Assembly (NCBI GenBank): GCA_963662465.1
Contig: OY759599.1
Location: 786,946-810,945 of the forward strand
Length of the DNA: 24,000 nucleotides
DNA from: Desulfatiglandales bacterium
GTDB taxonomy: Bacteria > Desulfobacterota > DSM-4660 > Desulfatiglandales > Desulfatiglandaceae
Reading direction: 5' to 3'
In this document: positions 8,271-15,825 of the stretch, piece after piece
Position numbering within the stretch: the first letter of the stretch is position 1
Layout of the letters: each line of letters starts with the position of its first letter
Position numbers and translations under genes: made by a program
The notes under the pieces: generated by a model
Database searches by the model: none
What the model was told of the DNA's origin: nothing
What the model saw: the letters and a program-made list of their open reading frames with translations, nothing else

Positions 8271-8278
8271 AGGCCCTC

Positions 8279-9376
8279 TCAATCACTATCCGCAAGTTCC
8301 TTAGCAACCGCTTTGATGGTTTCCTCAATTTCCAGAAATGCATCCACCACATCCGGGTCGAAATGAGTGCCGCGCCCTTCGCTGATAATGGCCACGGCCT
8401 TTTCATGGGTGAACGGGGGTTTATAAACCCGTTTGCAGATGAGGGCGTCATACACGTCCGCCACCGCCATGATCCGCCCGGAAAGGGGAATTTCCTCTCC
8501 TTTCAACCCTTGTGGATACCCGGAACCGTCCCATTTTTCCTGGTGGGTACGGGCGATGTCCCTGGCGTGGGAGAGAAAGGAGGGCCGGATTTCCGCATCA
8601 AACAATTCCTCCGCCTTCAGAAGGGCCTGGTATCCCAACTCACAGTGGGTCTTCATGGTGGCGAATTCTTCATCGGTGAGCTTGCCCGGCTTGTGCAAAA
8701 CGGCATCGGGAACACCCACCTTGCCGATGTCGTGCAATGGCGCGGACTTGTAGAGCAGCTCCACTGTCTTTTTGTCCAGAACCTGCCCATGCTTTGGATG
8801 GTCCGCCATTTTTTGGGCCAGAGCCTGCACGTAACGCTGGGTTCGCAGGATATGCCCGCCGGTTTCATTGTCCCGGGTCTCCGCAAGGGATGCAAGGCTG
8901 TGAATGGTGATATCCTGGGTGACCGCCAGGTCCCGGGTACGCTCCGCCACTTTGATTTCCAGAATTTCGTTCTGCATCTCCAGTTCACGGCCGGCCAGAA
9001 CCAGGGAGAGGTGGGTCTTCACCCGGGCCTGCACCTCGGTAATTTCAAAGGGTTTGGTGATGTAATCGACGGCGCCCATCTGAAACCCCCTGGTCTTGTT
9101 TTCGATTTCCGTCAGCGCCGTCAGAAAGATGATGGGGATTTTGGCATAGCGTTCATCTGCTTTTAGCGTTTGGCAGACTTCATAGCCGTCCATCTCCGGC
9201 ATCATGATATCCAGCAGAATCAAATCCGGCGGTTCTTCCGCCACGGTCTCAACGGCTTCCCGGCCGTCCATGGCCACCGAGACATCATAGAGTTCGCCCA
9301 GGGCATCCACCAGAATATCCACATTGGCTTCCGTATCGTCCACCACCAGCACGGTGCAATCCGACAATTCTTTCAT
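8279..9376 (-). CDS. Response regulator: REC + intact HD-GYP domain (RpfG-like c-di-GMP phosphodiesterase)
   Basis: 365 aa. REC with 'LILLDIMMPEMDG' and 'ITKPF'. HD-GYP motifs 'APLHDIGKVGVPDAVLHKPGKLTDEE' and 'HQEKWDGSGYPQGL' are all intact. Confidence 0.9.
   Translation of the reverse strand: MKELSDCTVLVVDDTEANVDILVDALGELYDVSVAMDGREAVETVAEEPPDLILLDIMMPEMDGYEVCQTLKADERYAKIPIIFLTALTEIENKTRGFQMGAVDYITKPFEITEVQARVKTHLSLVLAGRELEMQNEILEIKVAERTRDLAVTQDITIHSLASLAETRDNETGGHILRTQRYVQALAQKMADHPKHGQVLDKKTVELLYKSAPLHDIGKVGVPDAVLHKPGKLTDEEFATMKTHCELGYQALLKAEELFDAEIRPSFLSHARDIARTHQEKWDGSGYPQGLKGEEIPLSGRIMAVADVYDALICKRVYKPPFTHEKAVAIISEGRGTHFDPDVVDAFLEIEETIKAVAKELADSD
8992..9376 (-). repeat. REC-domain coding segment duplicated at 10227-10611
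   Basis: The first ~128 aa of the two response regulators are near-identical (MKELSDCTVLVVDDTEANVDILVDALGELYDVSVAMDG... to ...ARVKTHL). DNA identity is roughly 85% by eye. Confidence 0.85.
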
Positions 9377-9383
9377 TGAACTT

Positions 9384-9440
9384 CACCTGTCCTTTCACTT
9401 TATTTTTCAAGTCGGCCGTCAGAAGCAAAGCCTCTTAAAA
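9384..9440 (-). pseudogene. Decayed relic of the 3' end (Hpt tail) of a hybrid-kinase gene, now the spacer between the two response-regulator genes
   Basis: On the minus strand 9440->9384 translates F*EALLLTADLKNKVKGQ, versus the HK1 C-terminus [17 protein letters not shown] (10672->10621). The first 30 nt aligned from CACCT are 25/30 identical. The AAAGGA-N-AGGTGA RBS context is also shared. Confidence 0.6.
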
Positions 9441-9450
9441 GCCGGAACCA

Positions 9451-10611
9451 TCAGGCAGAGGCAAAAACCTGAATGGTTTCCTCGCGAAACTCCGTTTTAG
9501 AGGAGTTATGAAGGATTTCAAAAAGAAACGGGTTGATTTTGGTACCCGCCTCTATCAGCCGTATGCCATTGCTCGTGAAGACATCCGCGGCAATCACCAT
9601 CCCAACGGTCAGGTCTTTTGGATAAAGTTTTCTGACAGCCATGTGGGCAGGTTCCGGTTCGCTCTCAACAATCCGGGAAAACATTTCCACCAGTTTGGGG
9701 CCGTACTCTTTTTCACCGGTTTTCAGCTCGGCCATTGCCGCGGATGGGGTTTTTCCGCTGTAGGTCAACTTCTCATACTCCAGAACCAGCTTTAGAATCC
9801 GACTTCCAATGTGAATCATGCGCTGTGCCTGATCATCCCCCTGGAACCCGGTTTCTTTTTGGAGTTCCTGCTGGCGTGCGATGATCTCTGCCACCTCTGT
9901 TAACCTTGGGATTTTGCGAATCAGTTCATACCCTATCTGAGGGTGCCGATTGTAGGTTTCCTTCTCCTCCACCAAAACCTTCTCTCCCCGGAAAATTTTC
10001 TCGATGGTTTCAGGCGGTACGATAACACAACCGATCTGGCTCAACATGGCGGCCATTCGAATCTGCCAGAAGTCCGTTAGTTTGAAGGCTGCCATCACCT
10101 TGCTGACATGGCGTTTCAGCCGGGATGTTCGGCTGAATGCCGTGGGATTGGCAACGGAAAGAATTTCCGTGAGAACCTCGATGGCGCCCCCCAGCGTTTT
10201 TACCACCAGATCGCGAAGTTCAAGCTCCGCCAGGCGCAGTTTCAGGTGGGTTTTTACACGGGCGTTGACTTCCGCAATTTCAAAGGGCTTGGTGATATAA
10301 TCCACCGCTCCTAACTGGAAACCCTTGGTCTTGTTGCTAATTTCCGTTAGAGCTGTCAGAAAAATGATGGGGATGTTGGCGTAGCGTTCATTGCCCTTTA
10401 ATCTTTGGCACACCTCATACCCATCCATTTCGGGCATCATGATGTCCAATAAAATCAGGTCCGGTGGTTCTTCCGCCACGGCTTCAAGGGCCGCCACGCC
10501 ATCCATGGCCACCGACACATCATACAGCTCCCCCAGTGCATCCACCAGGATGTCCACATTGGCTTCCGTATCGTCCACCACGAGTACGGTGCAATCCGAT
10601 AGTTCCTTCAT
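9451..10611 (-). CDS. Response regulator: REC + degenerate (probably catalytically dead) HD-GYP-like domain
   Basis: The REC is near-identical to that of 8279-9376. The start is taken at ATG 10611 (MKELSDC, AGGTGA RBS with 5-nt spacing) by homology with the paralogue; the track's GTG at 10620 is possible. The output domain aligns to HD-GYP, but 'LHDIGK' is 'MLSQIGC' and 'HHExxDGSGYP' is 'RQQELQKETGFQGDD'. Confidence 0.8.
   Translation of the reverse strand: MKELSDCTVLVVDDTEANVDILVDALGELYDVSVAMDGVAALEAVAEEPPDLILLDIMMPEMDGYEVCQRLKGNERYANIPIIFLTALTEISNKTKGFQLGAVDYITKPFEIAEVNARVKTHLKLRLAELELRDLVVKTLGGAIEVLTEILSVANPTAFSRTSRLKRHVSKVMAAFKLTDFWQIRMAAMLSQIGCVIVPPETIEKIFRGEKVLVEEKETYNRHPQIGYELIRKIPRLTEVAEIIARQQELQKETGFQGDDQAQRMIHIGSRILKLVLEYEKLTYSGKTPSAAMAELKTGEKEYGPKLVEMFSRIVESEPEPAHMAVRKLYPKDLTVGMVIAADVFTSNGIRLIEAGTKINPFLFEILHNSSKTEFREETIQVFASA
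10227..10611 (-). repeat. REC-domain coding segment duplicated at 8992-9376
   Basis: See 8992-9376. The duplication also extends upstream into the RBS and kinase-tail relic (9384-9440 versus 10618-10675). Confidence 0.85.
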
Positions 10612-10620
10612 TAGACTCAC

Positions 10621-12960
10621 CTATCCTTTCAGTTTGTTTTGCAGGTCTTCCAGAAGGGGTAAAGCCTCCTTGAATTTGTATTTATTGATCAACCGCTCCA
10701 GATCGGCCATTTCAATGCTCACGGCCGCCGGCCAGGGAGCCTTCTTCAACTCCGCCATGGCTTCCTTGCAGGGTTTCGGTTTTCGAGTTTTTAAATGGGG
10801 GATCATTTCTTCCAGTGCGGCCAAAAAAATTTTCGGATCAGCTTCTTCCGCACCAGTTTTGACGATTTCAACCTGTTTCGGTTCATCCCCCAGGATTCCC
10901 AGAGCCTCTACAACATCTCTTAGGACACCGCCAAAATTGGAAATCTTCTCTTCATAGGTTTCCCGCTCTCCCTGTTTGATGGCGGACTCCAAAGCCGCAC
11001 CGGCGTCCTGAAGGGGGCCCGCCCCCACGTTACCGGCCACCCCTTTGATGCTGTGGGCCAGACGTTCCGCCTCATCGGCCTTTTCCGATTGCAACAGGCC
11101 CCTTATTTCCTCATCCGTCTTGGCGTAATCGTCGCGAAGTTTCATAAGGATGTTGCGATAGAGTTTCTCATTACCCCCCACGCGCATAAGCCCTTCTTCC
11201 ACATTAATTCCCTCAATGGATTGGGGAAGTTGATCCTTGGGTGGTGCAGGAGGGGCTGATGGGGCAGGTGCTGTTTCGAGGGGTTCTACCCTATCCGATT
11301 TGGGTTCAAATCCCCTCACCCCCGGCTGTATCCACTGGCCCAGGCAGGAGAAAAGCTGTTTTACGTCAATGGGTTTGGCCACATGGTCGTTCATGCCGGC
11401 TTCAATTGCTTTTTCCTTGTCACCGGCCATGGCGTTGGCGGTCATGGCGATGATGGGCATGTCGTCAAAACGCTTATCTTTGCGGATTTCGAGGGAGGCC
11501 GTGTATCCATCCATCACCGGCATCTGGATGTCCATGAGCACGGCCTGGTAATTGCCCGTCTGCACCGCATCCACCGCCTGCCGGCCATCTCCCACTGTGG
11601 TGACCTTAAGACCCGCCCCCCCCAGAATCTCCTGGGCCACCTGTTGATTGATCTCGTTGTCTTCCACCAGGAGCACCTGAGCGCCCTTGATATGATCCAC
11701 CCCTTCGGGGTCAACACCCGGTCCCCGCCGTTTTTGTCCGGATCCGCTGCCTTTACCAAAGGCGGCCATGGCGGCATCCAACAGCATTGAAGGGGCTACC
11801 GGTTTGATCAGAAACCCATCCAGACCGATCCGGTCCGCCTGGTTCATGATCTCTTCACGACCGTAGGCGGTCACCAGAATGATTTTGGGTATCTTGTTGA
11901 GGTCAGGATGATTCTTTATTTTTTCGGAAGCCGTTAGCCCATCCATACCCGGCATCTGCCAATCCATGAAGATGAGATCAAAGGGATTGTCCGGGTCCGC
12001 CTTTTCCACCTCCGCCAGTCCTTTTAGTCCATCCGTGGCCAGGGTCACCTCAAAAGACATGGAGGTAAGCATATCTTCCAGTATTTCACGGCTGGTATCG
12101 TTATCGTCCACCACCAGCACCTTGAGGTTTTTGAGATCGGGGTCAGGCTGTAGTATTCTCTCTTTTTGAGCCTCACCAATACCTAAAACCGCCGTAAAGA
12201 TAAATTCACTGCCCACCCCCGGTTCGCTCTCCACCCAGATCTCGCCGCCCATCATCTCCACCAGCCGCTTGCTGATGGTCAACCCCAGGCCGGTTCCACC
12301 GTATTTTCGGGTGGTGGAGGCATCCGCCTGACTGAAGGCCTGAAAGAGTTTTCCCCGCTGTTCTTCGGTAAGCCCGATGCCCGTATCCCGAACCCCGAAC
12401 CGCACCTTTACATGATCTGAGGGCACCTGATCATCCATCGTCTCCATCACTGCGGCTGAAATGACAATTTCACCGGTTTCCGTAAACTTCACGGCATTAT
12501 TGGATAGATTCACCAGGACCTGGCTCAGGCGCAGGGGGTCTCCCTGAAGGTCATTGGGCAGTTCCGGATCCACTTTCATCAGCAGCTCCAACCCTTTTTC
12601 CTGGGACTTGACACTCACCAGAGTGGACACACTGTCCAGGGTCTTGTCCAGGCTGAAATCGATGATCTCCATGTCCATCTTACCGGCCTCGATCTTGCTG
12701 AAATCGAGGATGTCGTTGATGATGCCGAGAAGCGCCTGAGCACTGGAGTGGATTTTAACCAGATAATCGACCTGCTTGGGATCCAGATCGGTCTTTAGCG
12801 CCAAGTGACTCATGCCCATAATGGCGTTCATGGGGGTACGGATCTCGTGGCTCATGTTGGCCAGGAAATCACTCTTGGCCTTGGTGGCTTCCTCGGCTTT
12901 CTGCTTTTCCTCATCCAGGTCCTGCATCATGTTGAGCATGGCGCGCCTGGCTTCGGCCAA
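10621..12960 (-). repeat. Paralogous ~2.35-kb segment (HK1 catalytic core + REC-REC-Hpt), direct repeat of 20676-23030
   Basis: The two segments align end to end at the DNA level, including a 32-nt identical run CCCATCATCTCCACCAGCCGCTTGCTGATGGT at 12248-12279 and 22318-22349. Confidence 0.85.
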
Positions 12961-13494
12961 CTCCTCAAGCTGCTCCTGAAGCGCCTCGGAAGCCTCTTCG
13001 GCGGAATCCCTGGCCGCCTCGATCTCCTCGGTGGAATTTTTCAAGGCTTCATTTTTCTCCTGCATCTCACGCAGCAATTCCCCCCTGGACGCTTTGGACA
13101 GATTTTTCCGCACGGTTTCGAGGAAATGCTCCGAAGGGCTGAAGCCTGGATTGGGCAAATATTTGAAAACAAGAACCTTTGATGGCGAACCTTCCCCGTT
13201 TCCCTCATGAATAACATCGAAAAAGGGCGCACCGTGGGATGCAATGGCTGTGTTTCCACCGTATGAGAATCTTATGGTCAAACCGCTCTGCCCATTACGG
13301 TCTTCAAGACCGATGGCAACATCCACATCAAAGGCATTACGAACGTCGTTTCTCAAAAGCTCGGAAAAAGCCGCCACCAGCCTTGTGGCATCCATGTCAT
13401 CATATTCCAGTGTTTCGGCCAGCCTGAAGATTTTGCGCCTGGCATCAGAAAACGTTTCGGCATTTTTTACGGAAATATTACCCAATTCAATCAT
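10621..13494 (-). CDS. Soluble hybrid histidine kinase HK1: novel N-terminal domain, coiled coil, HisKA, HATPase, REC, REC, Hpt (RpfC/BarA-like)
   Basis: H-box '[11 protein letters not shown]', N-box '[12 protein letters not shown]', G1 'RDTGIGL', G2 'GGTGLGL'. REC1 '[13 protein letters not shown]', REC2 '[13 protein letters not shown]', Hpt '[12 protein letters not shown]'. No TM segment. The preferred start, ATG 13494, overlaps the rsbX stop as ATGA, with GAGG ~10 nt upstream. The track's GTG at 13518 would overlap rsbX by 28 nt. Confidence 0.9.
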   Translation of the reverse strand: MIELGNISVKNAETFSDARRKIFRLAETLEYDDMDATRLVAAFSELLRNDVRNAFDVDVAIGLEDRNGQSGLTIRFSYGGNTAIASHGAPFFDVIHEGNGEGSPSKVLVFKYLPNPGFSPSEHFLETVRKNLSKASRGELLREMQEKNEALKNSTEEIEAARDSAEEASEALQEQLEELAEARRAMLNMMQDLDEEKQKAEEATKAKSDFLANMSHEIRTPMNAIMGMSHLALKTDLDPKQVDYLVKIHSSAQALLGIINDILDFSKIEAGKMDMEIIDFSLDKTLDSVSTLVSVKSQEKGLELLMKVDPELPNDLQGDPLRLSQVLVNLSNNAVKFTETGEIVISAAVMETMDDQVPSDHVKVRFGVRDTGIGLTEEQRGKLFQAFSQADASTTRKYGGTGLGLTISKRLVEMMGGEIWVESEPGVGSEFIFTAVLGIGEAQKERILQPDPDLKNLKVLVVDDNDTSREILEDMLTSMSFEVTLATDGLKGLAEVEKADPDNPFDLIFMDWQMPGMDGLTASEKIKNHPDLNKIPKIILVTAYGREEIMNQADRIGLDGFLIKPVAPSMLLDAAMAAFGKGSGSGQKRRGPGVDPEGVDHIKGAQVLLVEDNEINQQVAQEILGGAGLKVTTVGDGRQAVDAVQTGNYQAVLMDIQMPVMDGYTASLEIRKDKRFDDMPIIAMTANAMAGDKEKAIEAGMNDHVAKPIDVKQLFSCLGQWIQPGVRGFEPKSDRVEPLETAPAPSAPPAPPKDQLPQSIEGINVEEGLMRVGGNEKLYRNILMKLRDDYAKTDEEIRGLLQSEKADEAERLAHSIKGVAGNVGAGPLQDAGAALESAIKQGERETYEEKISNFGGVLRDVVEALGILGDEPKQVEIVKTGAEEADPKIFLAALEEMIPHLKTRKPKPCKEAMAELKKAPWPAAVSIEMADLERLINKYKFKEALPLLEDLQNKLKG

Positions 13495-14078
13495 AGCCCA
13501 TACCTCAATACAATACACGATGCATCATCGCTGTCCTTACCCAACCGGTCCATCAGATCCGCCGCTATTTTCCGCGCTGAACCCTTCAGAAGGTCCGGGT
13601 AGAAAATCGGATCAAAGTGTTCCTTTATCCCGTCGGAGTTCAAAATCAGGATATCCCCGGAAGACACTTTTGCCCGTTGTTTTTTGGGCGTGGGCATTCT
13701 GTACCCGAGAACACCGTCCCGGGAAACAAAGGTGACGGGGGACGGTCCGTAAAGCCGCGCCGTAATATTTCCCACGCCCACAAATTCCATTTCGCCGTTC
13801 ACCAGGTTCAAATGGCAGAGGGCGGCAACGGCCCCTCGGGTCCCCTTCAAACAGGCATGCAATCCGTTCATCAATTCCTCCAGATCGGAAAGATGGCTTT
13901 CCTCAAGATAGCGCTCCCCGATTTCCGCCACCTGGTGGGCATTTTTGCCATGGCCCAGCACATCCATGAGGGCTAAAAAGCATTGGTCATCGGATACCCG
14001 GATGACCCCCGCATCGCCGCATTCGTCCTCCGGACCGGTGAGTGAGCGCTTCAACAAATGGGTGTCAACCTTAAGCAT
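13491..14078 (-). CDS. rsbX: RsbX-like PP2C/SpoIIE-family serine phosphatase
   Basis: Aligns by eye with B. subtilis RsbX ('CGDAGVI...[11 protein letters not shown]', '[11 protein letters not shown]', 'FVGVGNI', 'ILILNSDGI'). The preferred start, ATG 14078 (GGAG with 5-nt spacing), gives 195 aa and an 8-nt overlap with rsbT. The track start at 14138 would overlap rsbT by 68 nt. Confidence 0.8.
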   Translation of the reverse strand: MLKVDTHLLKRSLTGPEDECGDAGVIRVSDDQCFLALMDVLGHGKNAHQVAEIGERYLEESHLSDLEELMNGLHACLKGTRGAVAALCHLNLVNGEMEFVGVGNITARLYGPSPVTFVSRDGVLGYRMPTPKKQRAKVSSGDILILNSDGIKEHFDPIFYPDLLKGSARKIAADLMDRLGKDSDDASCIVLRYGL

Positions 14079-14493
14079 TCCGTCTCCATTTTCTGGCAAC
14101 AATCCGCGTGCCGGCGCCTGGTTTCGATTGAATGTCAAATTCGTCCATAATCCTTTTTATGCTGGAGAGCCCCAGACCCAGACCGTGGCCCTTGCTGACC
14201 CCTTCTTCCATGGCCCCTTGGATGTCCTCGATGCCGGGTCCCTGGTCCTCCACGGTAAACTCAAAGCCCACACGGTCCTCATCTTTAACAGCCCTGAGCC
14301 TGACCCTTCCTTTTTCGGCATACCGAATCACGTTCGTGGAGGCTTCGGACGCGGCCGTGGCGATCAGGTATTGCTGGTTCTCGTCAAATCCCATTTGGGC
14401 GGTGAGGTGCCTGACGGCGTAGACCACCCGGGCATGGTCCGACAACTCAACCAGATCGATGATCCTTTCTTCAATAATGCCGTTATTCTCCAA
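14071..14493 (-). CDS. rsbT: RsbT-like serine/threonine kinase (GHKL, anti-sigma-kinase type) of the stressosome
   Basis: 140 aa with a TTG start and GGGAGA upstream. N-box 'SEASTNVIRYA', G1 'VEDQGPGI', G2 'GHGLGLGLSSIKRIMDEF'. Its position between an RsbS-like and an RsbX-like gene fits. Confidence 0.85.
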   Translation of the reverse strand: MENNGIIEERIIDLVELSDHARVVYAVRHLTAQMGFDENQQYLIATAASEASTNVIRYAEKGRVRLRAVKDEDRVGFEFTVEDQGPGIEDIQGAMEEGVSKGHGLGLGLSSIKRIMDEFDIQSKPGAGTRIVARKWRRNA

Positions 14494-14520
14494 CTTAAAA
14501 TATCTCCCGGGTTACCCGAT

Positions 14521-14952
14521 TCACGGGATGACGCCTGATTTCGACTCCACGGGCCCAAACCGCTTCAGGGCACGATTCCTTAAAAACGCGAACCCGTCAT
14601 CCATGCTGATGGCCGTCGGAATGTTCCCGAGATCTAGCCCCAGATCCACCGCCGCGGACGCAACACCCGGCTGAAAGCCCACAAACACAATATCGGCGCC
14701 CAGCATGGATACCATTTTTGCGGTATTCGTCAGAACGGTAAAGCTGTAAGCATCAACGATCCGAAGAACGGAAACATCAAACAGGACCCCCTTGGCAGCG
14801 GTTTCGTTTACTTTTCGAAGGACCGCTTTTTGAAGCCCCACGGCGTAATGATCATCCAGTTCCGCATTGACGGGCACCACCAGAAAGCCGCCCACCGTGT
14901 GCATGCCCAATGCGGAAAAATTTTCAACATCTTCCATAGTTATCTTCTCCAT
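14521..14952 (-). CDS. rsbS: RsbS-like single STAS-domain stressosome scaffold protein
   Basis: 143 aa. An ungapped alignment to B. subtilis RsbS runs from 'GVLFDVS' through 'GFQPGVA' ('GVVIDLT...GIQPAVA'). An alternative start at ATG 14937 has the better RBS (GGAGAA). There is a C-terminal extension of ~20 aa. Confidence 0.85.
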   Translation of the reverse strand: MEKITMEDVENFSALGMHTVGGFLVVPVNAELDDHYAVGLQKAVLRKVNETAAKGVLFDVSVLRIVDAYSFTVLTNTAKMVSMLGADIVFVGFQPGVASAAVDLGLDLGNIPTAISMDDGFAFLRNRALKRFGPVESKSGVIP

Positions 14953-14980
14953 CTCGGTATAATTTACAGATAAGCTACCT

Positions 14981-15790
14981 TTATTTCGTTTGGACCACCT
15001 CCAGCTTCAATATGGCAAATGCATCGGCCAGGGAATCCTGAAGGTTTGAATTGGTGGTCACGTCTCCCAGTTCAATGCCCAGTTGAACCAGGGTCTCGGC
15101 CACGGCGGGGGATATGCCGGAAACAATGCACCGGCACCCCATGAGCCTCGTGGCTTTGGCGATTTTAATAAGATGGTTGGCCACCGCCGTGTCAACCGTG
15201 GCCACCCCCGCAATATCCAGAATAATGACTTTGGCCAGGGTTTCCGTTATCTTCTTCAACATGGTGTGCATCATCTGTTGAGCACGCAGGGAATCCACCA
15301 CCCCCACCACGGGAAGAATGATGACCCGGTCCCACAGCTTTATGACCGGGGTCGATATCTCCATGATGGTGCGGCTCTGTTCCTGAAGTTTCCGCTCCTG
15401 TTGAACCCGGTTGGTGATATCCAGGATGTATTCCAGCCCGCCGATGATATTCCCCGCTTTGTCCTTTAAGGCCGCGGCGGTGTATTCAATGGGGATCGAC
15501 CTCCCACCGATTTTTGCCTCATTGCGAACGGTACACGTTTCAGTGCCTCCCATAACTTGTTTCATTCGGCATTCCGGTGTCCGGCAGTGGAGCGAATCGA
15601 AAACCTCGTAACAATGACTCCCTTTGATTTCCTCCCAACTTTTTCCGGAGAGCTTTAAACCCGCATCATTCATGAAAATGAGATTCAGATCGAGATCCAC
15701 CGCCATAATCGGCGTGGGAAGCTGATCCAGAATCTGGATTGCGAGATCGTTGTTGATCTGCACACTGCTGCCGTTAATTTTTTGGTTCAT
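14981..15790 (-). CDS. rsbR: RsbR-like stressosome sensor: N-terminal PAS + C-terminal STAS
   Basis: 269 aa with a GGAGG RBS. The STAS part 'VIILDIAGVATVDTAVANHLIKIAKATRLMGCRCIVSGISPAVAETLVQLGIEL' aligns with RsbRA and conserves both phospho-Thr positions (VDT, AET). The N-terminal ~130 aa is a PAS fold ending in 'LEYILDITNR'. Confidence 0.85.
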   Translation of the reverse strand: MNQKINGSSVQINNDLAIQILDQLPTPIMAVDLDLNLIFMNDAGLKLSGKSWEEIKGSHCYEVFDSLHCRTPECRMKQVMGGTETCTVRNEAKIGGRSIPIEYTAAALKDKAGNIIGGLEYILDITNRVQQERKLQEQSRTIMEISTPVIKLWDRVIILPVVGVVDSLRAQQMMHTMLKKITETLAKVIILDIAGVATVDTAVANHLIKIAKATRLMGCRCIVSGISPAVAETLVQLGIELGDVTTNSNLQDSLADAFAILKLEVVQTK

Positions 15791-15825
15791 GGATTGCCTC
15801 CAGTTTTTGGGTGTTGAATATACGG

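Noticed and set aside
13495-13518. Upstream-extended starts offered by the ORF track (13518 for HK1, 14138 for rsbX, 20616 for the giant sensor, 23513 for HK2, 10620 for the degenerate regulator, 4565 for AbiEii, 4272 and 7773 for the small TA genes)
   Set aside because: Each extension overlaps the preceding gene or uses a non-ATG codon without an RBS. An internal ATG with a good Shine-Dalgarno and a classic ATGA, short-overlap or short-spacer junction is available in every case. The longer starts cannot be excluded without experimental data.
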